Of a stretch of 64,000 bases of DNA, positions 53,119-64,000 are shown one piece after another. The stretch is from Amphiscolops sp. MND2022. Its lineage: Eukaryota. Both the position numbers and the translations under genes were made by a program. Below the pieces are notes generated by a model. It saw nothing but the letters and a program-made list of their open reading frames with translations, was not told where the DNA came from and searched no databases. The stretch spans positions 72,232,001-72,296,000 of the forward strand of contig OZ076409.1 of assembly GCA_964187785.1 (NCBI GenBank). Direction: 5' to 3'. Within the stretch, counting starts at the first letter, position 1. The number at the start of each line of letters is the position of its first letter.

Positions 53119-54400
53119 GTGCCGGTGTTTTTCACGACAAAGAAAGTTGCGCGCTTTGGGTAGGGTCCCGGCGCGCTTTTGGGGTTCATTTTAACAACCT
53201 GATCTCCCGTTGCACGTATGTCCGATTTTCCAAACTATCCTACCAATTTTGCTGAAATTTTGCATGTGAGTCCCTATGGACATTCTAAGAACAAATCCCT
53301 ACTGGCGTTTTGCCCGGAAAATTTTTTTTGTTGACTTATTGACAATTTTAGGTGCCGAAAATGACGTTTTTTCAAAAAAAAAAATTTTAAGAGCCCATAT
53401 CTCGCTCCCAGGTGCCCGGAGCGGGTCGCATGTGGACGTTGATATTGCTAGACACTTCGTAAAGAGTCTGTAGACAAATTTTGGTTCAGATTGGATGAAA
53501 ATTGATTGAGTAATAGCCGCAAATTGGACGCATTTTGTCGAAATTTTTCGAAACCCCAGTCTATCTATGCCGTTTTTTGCCCAGATTTTTTTCTAGACCC
53601 TCTCCTAAAGACATCCCCTGGCCGGAATACCTCCCAGCAAAACCATTTGGCCCTAAATACGAAGTTTCAGCGTTCTAGCATTCTCGGGCGAAAAGTTGTG
53701 GGACTTAAAAAAATTTTTTTGAAAACGCAAATTGTGTAAAGTCAACTTCAGGCCTCCCAAAGTCAAGGAACTTCCACACAACTAGTATTGCAAGTGAATG
53801 CATGTGGAAAGTACTTGGATAGACGAGAAAAATGAGCTACTATAAATCTCTGTAGCTTAACCTGACGTTGACTTATGACAATTTTAGTGTGAGCTTGCTA
53901 TGTGAGAAAAAAATTCAAAATTGAAAATCGAAGCTAAGTCTCATCCAAAACTCATCGGAACACGTTCAATCCATCCCAGAGCGGTTTAATTCCAGCTATA
54001 TAATGCAGCAACACTATTCAAGACCATTTGATCTACTTACATTAGTTTTGACACCGTATTATTCATCCGAGAGCACAAAACAGTTGAGTACATTCCATCT
54101 CCCTTTCGGGGGAGATGAGAATGTACTCGCTAAAGTCCAGGTACTACAGCCCATATTTGTTTTTATGCGACGCTTTTTTGGTTTGTATGCTAGTGCGTAC
54201 ACGTATTAATCTTTTACCATATTTTTTGTCGTCTGCAGTTTGCTTTTGACTTGACATAAACTGAACGTTTTGTCCTTACAACATACACATTACTAACGTC
54301 AACGCCCCATCCTTGCATCAACGCCCACCGTCCGTGGGCATGCCGAGGCATGCCCTTCGACGACGTATACCAAGATATACATAAGCGCGGTAGCCGCTAG
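53119..54400 (+). repeat. Unit U25, family B, divergent (1282 bp)
   Basis: B block at ~53604-53706; H2 hairpin at ~54086; core at 54336. Confidence 0.88.
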
Positions 54401-56402
54401 GTGGGCGGTAGGTTTCCCGTAGTCAAAAAAAAATTGCAGGCCGGGGTAGGGGCCCTGGCCGAGGCAAAATACCATAGAAAAGGTACCAAATTATGTGAGT
54501 TTAGAAAATTGAGCCATACAAATTCTCTGAAAATTGCTGTGTGTACCCTATCGCCCAATCTAAGAACTTTTTCCTGCTGACGTTTTGCCCTCCAAATGTT
54601 ACTAATATGACTTTTTGAAAAATTTATCTCTGGTTTTTCATCAAAAATAGTGATTTTGGCAATTTTTGTGAAATATCTCTGATTGCGTTAATTTTTGGAC
54701 GTTGACTGTGAAACAAGCTCGGAACCATCATTTCGTGACCATAGCAATGCACTAAACACAAAAGATGTAGAGTTTTTAAATTTTTTGAAAATTTGACATT
54801 TTTAAATTTTTTTCACTACTATCAGTACCATATATGTCAAAATAACCTCAGAAAAATTTTTTTATTTTATTTAATTTAGAATCCTTGCTATCCATGGTTT
54901 CTGTTAGTATCTACTCGCTGCCAGAGACTCAACAGTTAGCATCGAATCTGAAATTAAAAATTTTTTCGAGGTCATAGGTGTTTCACAAGGATTTCACAAC
55001 ATAGTCTTGTTTTACAAATAGGTCATTTACAACATCATATTTTCATCGAGGCATGTCGGATATAGTCTTATTGCTCACGAACGGTCCTACTGGCAACGTA
55101 ATAACCATTTATAGAAATATTAAGTTTTTAAAAAATCTTTTCACCCGTTCTTCAGACATTTTTCAGACATTCGGAACTTAACTTAGAAAAATTTCGTCTC
55201 AAAAACCCATTTTTCGTCAGGTCGAAATTTGAAATTCAGTTTTTGAAGCACAAATATGCACTCTGACGTAACCAGTAGGGCCAATGATACTCAACAACAC
55301 CATTGAGACTGGTATCAGTCGCTCCAAAAACATATGAGCCGTGATAAGACGTTTTTTCAACAATACTGTTCAATTGATGTAAACATCGCGGAAGCCTTGG
55401 ATTACAGTGAAAGTTGATTTGAACAAAAATTTACTCTTTTTTGTCAATCACTATGTAGACAGAATGCGTAGGGTAAGTTTCAGCACTAATATGAAGATTT
55501 TGAAGGAATCGGGTTGCTCAAGGCGTGGTATGAGACACTTTTTTCTCATATACTAGTGTTTTTCAAAACCTTTTCGTTAAATATCTCGAAAAGCAAACAT
55601 TAAAAAATACTTTCTGATATCTAATTTAATTCCTAGATTATAAATGAATCATGTGGTTGATCAGAAACTCTCTACTTTAATGTTTCCAGAAAAAAATCCC
55701 TTCCCATGTTTTATATCTGTAGCAGTAAAAAAAGTAGACGCTAAAAATACGCTATTTTGCTAAGATTGAATTGCAATTGTTTAGCTTTAAAACTCTTTTA
55801 ATACTTCTAACGCCACCTTAAGGACTCAAGATGATTGAAAATGTCAATCACAATGCTGACATGTAGTCTTTCTACGATCCTGGCTGGACAGATTTTGATT
55901 ATTTTTCAAGTACCTGTTAACTGAATCTCGTGATAGCCTTCTAAGTTGACCTTCTGCGTCAACTTGAGAAGGCTATCACTAAAATAAACTAAATTCTGAT
56001 TTGTTTGTTTGTTCCTAACGTCTTTTGGTACGATCGTCTTACGGTTAGTTGGTTAAACCAGGTCGCTTATACTTCCACAATTTTCGACCACCGTCCGTGT
56101 ATTCGGTTCACACGACTTTACATTTTCAGTCGTTTGTTTTCGATAACTATCACAATGTACTGCCATTAGCGCAAAATTCATACTAGTACTTGGTTGGTTG
56201 AAATACTTAAACAACTGTTTCCATAGTTATTCGCGGTGATGGTACAATCCGCGCGCCTACATACCTACGGCGTCTTGCCACTACAACGCCACATAGGGAA
56301 ACAACGCCCATAGTCCGTAGGCATGCCGAGGCATGCCGAGGCATGCCTTTCGACGACGCGCGCCAAATCTATGCGCGCCCGCACTTGTGCGGTAGCTGCT
56401 AG
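54401..56402 (+). repeat. Unit U26, family C, divergent (2002 bp)
   Basis: Colinear with U17/U21; H1-type hairpin at 55930-55979; core with an extra decamer at 56319-56348. Confidence 0.88.
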
Positions 56403-58373
56403 GTGCGGGGGGGAAACCCCAACAAAATTTTTGGAGGATTCGGGTAGGGTCCTGAATCCGAGTTCAGTGCTGCCAGCTTTCGTTAAGAAAATTTGGATAG
56501 GATTCGGGATCTCGTGATCTAACCATAGGATTTTAAAGTTGGAGCGGCCCCCACCAGATTTTCCAAAAATTAGCGCCCCCCACCGGGTTCCATACCCCGG
56601 AAAATTTTTTTCTGGCCACACGGGCGACCGTTAGGGGGTCATTTTAGGGGTAAAATTCATATTGGGCCACATAACTTTTTTTCTGTTGATTTAAAACTTT
56701 GGGACCCTGCTAAAAGTTTCTTGACCGCGTTGCAGGGGCCCCGGAGGTCCAAACCAAATTTTTCTATCTTGAAGCTATCTCCAAGTACCCCCCCGCCCAA
56801 AACGTTATTTTTCCGGAAACGCAGGTTTTTGACCCGGAAGGAGTCGTCGGAGCGCGGGGTCGTTAGGTGATGTATTGGGGACGGCCTTGAGACGAAGTGG
56901 GGGACATGCAGTTTGCCAACCCCAGTTTACCCCCCGGACGGGAAATGACCGTTATATGAGCGGCAAAAATGTCCCCCTCCACGTTTTACCGCTATTTCCG
57001 GTGTGAAGGAGTGGGAGTAGCGCGTCGGGTGCCATATATCAAAAGTAGGTTTAGACAAGGATCTATCGGAAACATGTGGTTTGGGACCCCCTGGACCAAC
57101 CCGTTAGCAGGAAATGGGGCTTCCGGCCCGTTTTTTTACGGTTAAAAACGGAAAATGGGCATTGAGGGGTAAATATCTCGTGAACGCGTGGAGCTACGGT
57201 GTCCTTCACTACTACAAGGTTTCATACCCATGATATGGTGCCTTCAGGGGGGCAAACAGATTTCCGCTATCTATCGCCGTTACCGACTTGGCCCCCCAGC
57301 CTAACCGCTATGTGACCGGAAATGTCACTTTTTGTGCCCAAAGGGTCGGTCCCAGCCGGGGAACGTTAGGTAACTTATTGTAGTACTCATTGAGATGAGT
57401 TGGGGGACATAGTTTCAGTCACCCCCCGTTACCCCTTAAGACCGGAAATGACCGTTATGTGAGTAAATTTGCCGTTTTTGTCCTATTTGAAGGGCATTTA
57501 GATGCGGAAGGAGTGGTAATAGGTGCTTGGACACTATATGAGGTAAGGGAGGATATGAGGCGAGCATTCGGAAATAACCGTTATGTTGACCCCAAAGTCC
57601 CCCTGGTACCGTAAACGACCGGAAATGGTCAAATTTTCTGTTTACAGGGTACAAATGTTTGGTATTTTGTAGATAAAAGTATCTATTAGGTGTTTCGACG
57701 GTCTGCAGTAGTGAACATAGTCATGAAACCTTGTGGGGGGTAACGGTATATAGCACCGGAAGTCCAAACCGTTGGAGACAGGATAGGTTTTTTGGTTTTA
57801 AAATGTCTTTCGGCGTACTTTTGTCGACTATTAAGGACTACTTTTAAAAATTAAAGTTTTTCCATATAGTTTTAGAGACTCCGAAACCTCAACCAACATA
57901 ACCGTTACCTCATGATAGCCTTTCAAGTTGGCCTGGTGTCAACTTGGAAGGGCTATCCTTCAAAAATCGTCAATCAAGTGTGTTTTTGGGTATGTTTGTA
58001 TCATTTTAGAATCGAATAGAGCTTCAAGAAAAGCTTGCCAACGACAAAAACTATGTCGTGATGATTCCGTTATTAGAATAATAGTTAGCAAATTGTTGAG
58101 AAAATTGATTTTTTCCATATAAAATGTGTCCTAATTGCCAGGAAACCTATTTAACTAACAAATGGTATTGATTGGAATGTATGTAACAGAGTTATAAAAG
58201 TTCAAATAGATTATTACGTTTCATTATGGAAGCTGAAACGTAATATTTTAGTTTAATTAACGTCAACGCCACACACGTTACATCAACGCCCACCGTCTGT
58301 GGGCATGCCGAGGCATGCCCTTCGACGACGTATGGCAAATCCCTTCTAACGACGCCCGTACATGCCGGGCTAG
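56403..58373 (+). repeat. Unit U27, family A (1971 bp)
   Basis: 5' end like U2/U15, 3' end like U7/U24; core at 58301. Confidence 0.9.
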
Positions 58374-60556
58374 GTGGAGGTTATTTTATAATAATTAAAG
58401 TGTTTTTTTCCGGAGTTTGTGGCTTTGGAAAAAACAAAAGGCGAGAAATTGGGCACTCCGGGCTGAACCGTAAAGGCCGATTTTATACTGTAAAAAACGC
58501 CCATTCTAACTACGATCTTGAAACCCAGCCGTACGTTTTTGCTGAAAATTTGCATGCGGCTACAAAATCAGATTCTAAGAACTTTTTTCTGCTGACTTTT
58601 TTTTGGAATTTTTTTGTACGTTTCCCCCCCGCCCCCTAAAGGGGTCAATTTTCCCCAATTTTGTACTTATGAGTCATATTCTCAAAACTGGTTGATCTGA
58701 GAGCAATCCTTGTGGAGAGAACTTTTGTAGAGCGCTCTTCAGTTGACTTTTTGGAGTTTTTACTTTGGTGGTACGTTCACCCCCCACAGCGGAAATAGCG
58801 TTTTTGTAACTTCCGGTCGAGCAATTTTCCACCCAAAAATTAGAATTATGCCAGTTTAGAGCACGAAGCAGTAGTTTTAGCGTGTTCATACTCTCCTGAA
58901 GTTTTGTTGGGCGTATTGAGGTAGACATGATATCAAGTGTTCAGTTCACCCCCATCACCCCCTGGACCGGAAATGAACTTTCTTTTTTCCCCTTTCTTAC
59001 AGGAAGTGTCGATTTTCACCGGTAAGGAGTCCTTGTACGAGCAACTAGCAGGGCATCAAAATTGACGTACCACCTGGGGTCAACTTAGTGACCACGTGTT
59101 GTCCAGTCATGGGTACCGCCATGACCGGAAATGGGGTCAAAACCCCCCTTTTAGTTGTTATTTTATCAATTTGACTAGTGTTTGGTCCACATTCAAGTCG
59201 CGTAAAACAATTGAACCTGTGTGAGCATAAACTGCATGTTCACTGCGTAGACGTAACAGACACTGCCAGATACCGGAAGTAACCCCCGTGACCGGAAGTT
59301 GTCATTTTTGACCGGAAATGGTCCAAAAAATAGCGTAAATGCAGTTTTTCACTGCTTTTTAAGGTCAAGTTATTACTTTTTTCAATCTGCACGAGCTTGT
59401 CTTCAGGTTCGCTTTTGTTACCCGTGCACAGCGCAACAAATATACATCTGTAAAATTTTCTCTATAATATCGTCGGAGAGAGAAATAACGGGTTATTGGG
59501 GCTTTTTTTCAAAAATATTAGTCTATATCTGTAATTTTTGTCCAAAGTTATTCAACAGTACTACCACAGAGGTTAGTCTCTGCCCAAATACATGCCTAAC
59601 AAAACTACTTGTCACATTCGTCTCAGTTTGAGCGCTCCAGCTTTGCCTGGTCATAAGTTAAGTGACATAGAAAATTTTCATTTTTTTTCAAAAAAAATTT
59701 CTCGCCTTCAGTTCCTCCAAAGTAAAGAAACTTCCACACAACTAGGATTGCAAGTGGATGCATGTGGCAAGCCCTATAATTGAAGCACAAAAAACCGCTT
59801 AGGACGTCTCTTTATCGTAATTTGACGTTAACGTATGGTGCTTTGAATGAGAGCTTGCTAAGGGGTCGAGAAGTCAAAGTATGTAAATGGAACGTATGTC
59901 TCGTCGAAAAGTCATCGGAATACATGCAATGAACCCCAATTGCCCTCAATTGCAGCTGCCTAGTGCAACAACGTCTTTCAGGGACCTTTAACCTATTTTT
60001 ATTAGTGTCAAAACTATTTTAAATTCAGTTAGCAAGAAACACTTGAGTGCATTCTCATCTCTCCCCAGCGGGTGAGATGAGAATGTTCTTGCTAAAAGCC
60101 AGGTACTACGGCCCACTTTTGTTTTAATGCGACGCATTCTCTGCTTTAGCACATAGATATTTTTATTTCGCCTGATTTTCTGTATACACTCTGACTTGTT
60201 ATTATGAGTTCCTCGTCATTACTTTACATAAATTTACAATCATCAAACGTTATCGTCAACGCCATATAGATTTAGGCGCCCACCATTCCGTAGGTATGTC
60301 CAGGCACACTTTTCGATTACGTATGTCAAAACGCAAACGCGATAAAAAGTGCTAAAATTCAGAAACAGTGACAAACAAATTTGACTATTTGACATATGGG
60401 AGGTTTTCATATGGAACTTACACATAGCTGACATTTCACTACATTGCAGCTGACGCCCACATACCAACATCAACGCCCACTGTCCGTGGGCATGCCGAGG
60501 CATGCCCTTCGACGACGTATGGCAATTACCTTCCACCGACGCGCACTCTCCCCTAG
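58374..60556 (+). repeat. Unit U28, family F (2183 bp; D-like 5' half, B-like 3' half, decayed extra core)
   Basis: 59271-59340 matches D at ~33041-33110; 59715-59770 matches U25 at ~53755-53810; H2-type hairpin at 60045-60090; decayed core at ~60255-60330, intact core at 60488. Confidence 0.82.
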
Positions 60557-63500
60557 GTGGGCGGGGGTAATTCCCCAACTAAAAATTCGGCCGGCGGGTC
60601 GGGTCCTGCCGGCCGTCCAAAATCAAAATCCTCCTAGTAGAAAACGGCATGTCAAACGAGCTATTTTTTTATTTAACCGTTAGAATTTGGGTTTAGATTG
60701 CATGCGGCCATGAAATGGCCATACGAATTGAAGTTCCTGCTGACGTTTTGCGATTGAAACACTTTATAAAAAGTTATGGCCAATTTGTCAGTCACCTAGA
60801 AGGGCAAAATGAGGAAAATTTTAACAAACTCGCTGATATCTCAAAATGTGTTAATTTTTGGACTTTGACTGTGAAACAAGCTTGGAACCTTCATTTCGTG
60901 GCTGTGGCATTGCACTGAACACAAAAGCTGTAAAGTTTTCACATTTTTTGAAAATTCGACATTTTTGAAATTTTTTTCACTACTATCAGTACCCCATATG
61001 TCAAAAACACCTCAGAAAAAAATTTTTATTTACTTTAAATTGGAAACCTTGGTATCCATGGTTTCTGTCGGAACCTACTCGCAGCCAAACACCCAACAGT
61101 TTGCATCCAATGTGAAATAAAAAATTTTTTCGAGGTCATAAGCGTTTCACAAGGTTTTCATGATTTAGTATTAAATTACATAGTGGTCATTTTAAACATA
61201 AAATTTTGGTCCAGGCATGTCGGATATAGTCTGAATGCTCACGAACGGTCCTACTGGCAACGTAGGAACCATTTATAGTAATAAAAAGTATTAAAAAAAT
61301 TTTTTCACCCGGTCTTCAGTCATTTTTCAGACATTCGGAACTTAACTTAGAAAATTTTCGAACCAAATACCCATTTTTTGACAGATCGAAAATTCAAATT
61401 CAACTTTTTAAGCAAAATTATTAACTCTGACGTAACCAGTGGGGTCCATGATACTCAAAAATACGATTGGGACTGGTACCAATGGCTCCAATATCATATG
61501 AGCCGCGATAAGACGTTATTTTGAGCAATACGTCTCAATTGAGGGAAACATCTCGCAAGCCTGGGATCACAGTTAAAAGTGATTTCGTCAAAAATTTACT
61601 CTTTTTCGTCAATCACTATGTACACAGAGTGCGTAGGGTGAGTTTCAGCACTATAATGCGGTTTTTGAAGGCATCGGGTTGCTCAAGGGGTGGTATGAGA
61701 CATTTTTTTTTGCATGTAGTACTATATTTCTCAAAACTTTTAGCCCATTGTCTCGAAAAGCTCACTTCGCAAATTACTTTCAATTACTCTATTCGAAGCT
61801 TAGAATATATATGAACACTGTGGTTGATCAGAAACTCTTGACTATTTTGTTTTTGGAAAAAAACTGCCTTGCATGTGTTACATTAGTGGCAGGAAAAATA
61901 CCAGTAGCTCCAAAAATCACAATTTTGGACGGACAGACCTGCAATGATGCAAAGCAAAAACGTTTCAACAACTTCTGGCGCCACTTTTTTTTACCCAAGA
62001 GGTTCGAAATTACTATTAACAATGCTGACATTCGCTATAAATAAGATCGAGGTCAATTTACTAACACTTAGGTTATACATTTATATCTGAGAAACCATTC
62101 TTTGTCAGGTCGCAATTTTAAATTTAGTTTGGGAAGCAATACTTTTCACTCTGAAGCAAACCGTTGGGCCCAAATTACTCAAAAACTACAAAAAGACTGT
62201 CACCATATGCCCTAATAGCATATGAGATTCGACCGTATGTTTTTAACACAAAAACTCTCATCCGAAGTAAACATGTTGAAAGCCTTGAATCACCGTGAGA
62301 AATGATTTCATCAAAAAATATTCCTTTTTCGTCAATCTTTATCTACACAGAACACGTTGTGTCATTTTCAGCCGTGAAATGAGCTTCTACCGTAATATGG
62401 GTTGCTCAAGGTGTTGTATAAGACAAAAACTTCCTCTTTTCTACTATCTTCTTCAAATATTTCAACCCTTTGTCACAAGAAGTTAATATTCAAAATCTCT
62501 TTGAAATGTTTCTTTAGGTTGGGGTGAAGTGTTAGAACAATAATTATGATCGAAGAATGATAGTATTGGTGTTTGGACCATGTCCGGATGAACAAATTGC
62601 AAAATCATGAAAAATTTCTTACCATTTTTGGTCATTTTGTCAGTACTAAAAATGTTAGCTGAAAAAGAATTTTTTTGATGGCACCATTGGATTCCTCTCA
62701 AAAAGTTAGCTATATGAGCTGTGTAATAACCCCGTATCTTTTCAATTTAAATAATTTTAAAAAGCAAACTTTTTTGACTAAAATCCTAAAAATCATACCA
62801 TTTCCTAAAAAATTTCAAATGCCCCCCATTTGACGTATAAGAATAGCACAGAAAACTATCACATACCGATCGACTCTACTTCCATTGTAGATTACCAGAA
62901 TTTTGTTTAGAACAATTTTTGACGGATGCAAAAAAAATTTAAACCCTCCAAAAAAGGGCCAAAATTACACGAAAAAATTGACCTTAAAATTTTAAAATGT
63001 CGAAAAATCATCAAAACCACAGCTTCTTGGGGTTCTATCAACTCCACGTGGTCCACAGAGTATGTTAAAACAAGTTTTACCCGTATTTGAGCAATATGTG
63101 AAAAAGCCGACTTTTTTGGGAATGAAAAACATACCATTTCCTAAAAAATTTCAAACGCACCCCATTTGACGTATAAGAATAGCACAGAAAACTATCACAT
63201 ACCGATCGACTCTACTTCCATTGTAGTTTACCAGAATCTTGTTTAGAACAATTGTTGACGGATGCAAAAAAAAATTAAACCCTCCAAAAATGGGCCAAAA
63301 TTACACGAAAAAATTGACCTTAAATTCTTAAAATGTCAAAAAATCATCAAAACCACAGCTTCTTGGGGTTCTATCAAATCCACGTGGTCCACAGAGTATG
63401 CTAAAACAGGTTTTACCTGTTTCTGAGCTATATATGAAAAAACCGACATTTTGGGGAAGAAAAACATACCATTTCCTAAAAAATTTCAAATGCACGCCAT

Positions 63501-64000
63501 TTGCCGTATGAGAATAGCACAGAAAACTATCACATACCGATCAACTCTACTTCTATTGTAGATTATCAGATTTTTGTTTAGAACAAATTTTTATGGATAT
63601 AAAAAATTTTTAAACCCTCCAAAAATGAGCCAAAATAACACGAAAAAATGGACCCTAAATTTTTAAAATGTCAAAAAATTATCCAAACCACAGCTTCTTG
63701 GGGTTCTATCAGCTCCACGTGGTCCACAGAGTATGCTAAAACAGGTTTTGCCCGTTTTTGAGCAATATATGAAAAAGCCGACATTTTTGGGGAAGAAAAA
63801 CATACCATTTCCTAAATAATTTCAAATGCAGGCAATTTGCCGTATGAGAGTAGCACAGAAAACTATCACACACCGATCAACTCTACTTCTTTTGTAGATT
63901 ATCAGAATTATGTTTAGAGTAAAGTTTTATGGATATGAAAAATTTTTATACCCTCCAAAAATGGGCCAAAATGACACGAAAAAATTGACCTCAAATTTTT
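60557..64000 (+). repeat. Unit U29, family E', partial (truncated by window)
   Basis: Close to U20; 336-bp repeat anchors at 62845, 63181, 63516, 63852. Confidence 0.9.

Larger units (their letters stand above)
1..64000 (+). mobile_element. Head-to-tail array of heterogeneous, putatively non-autonomous mobile units/cassettes (28 complete + 2 partial) joined at CTAG|GTG; extends past both window edges
   Basis: 29 same-orientation copies of the core RGGCATGCCGAGGCATGCCY-TTCGACGACG, each followed 25-45 nt later by CTAGGTG. CTAG starts at 577, 1857, 3829, 5817, 7804, 9089, 10377, 12348, 14338, 16310, 18303, 20275, 22269, 24260, 26232, 28205, 30199, 32182, 33568, 38336, 43099, 45084, 49853, 51141, 53115, 54397, 56399, 58370, 60553. 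The repeat structure is directly seen; mobility is inferred. Confidence 0.6.

Noticed and set aside
511..60556. CRISPR array (conserved palindromic ~30-nt repeat followed by a variable segment)
   Set aside because: Repeats are 1.3-4.8 kb apart, the intervening DNA is itself repetitive, and no cas genes are present.
439..63137. Short ORFs (60-176 aa) in the ORF track, including recurring ones such as MRRVGGYSF... and ...CGHAEACPSTT...
   Set aside because: They recur only because the DNA repeats. Frames, starts and stops differ between copies, many span unit junctions, and I recognise no domain (no HUH, helicase, recombinase, RT or DDE motif).
1..64000. Bacterial integron, polydnavirus proviral segments, or kinetoplast minicircle concatemer
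   Set aside because: No cassette ORFs or GTTRRRY attC pattern; no genes and no consistent AGCT junction core; no GGGGTTGGTGTA block.

Overview
This 64-kb window has no credible protein-coding gene. It is one head-to-tail array of non-coding units, probably from an animal genome (inference). I count 29 junctions, giving 28 complete units plus two partial ones, all in the same orientation. The units fall into about six sequence families (A-F) whose interiors are largely dissimilar, but they share one junction architecture. The right end is TCAACGCC-like direct repeats, then the near-invariant GGGCATGCCGAGGCATGCCC-TTCGACGACG (19/20 match to a p53-family response element), a 25-45 nt variable tail and (G/C)CTAG. 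The next unit starts GTG and, in all but one unit, has a covarying stem-loop with a TAGGGT-type loop about 46 nt downstream. Each unit also carries one of two alternative ~45-nt hairpins (H1 or H2), mostly 230-390 nt upstream of the core. Unit lengths cluster at ~1.285, ~1.98 and ~4.77 kb even across dissimilar families. The order of units is shuffled, and one unit is present or absent precisely at CTAG|GTG. My best interpretation is a cassette-like array of non-autonomous mobile units, either rolling-circle/HUH (Helitron-like) or site-specific recombinase type, with the enzyme encoded elsewhere. That mechanism is inferred, not shown. Coordinates were counted by hand and may be off by a few bases.
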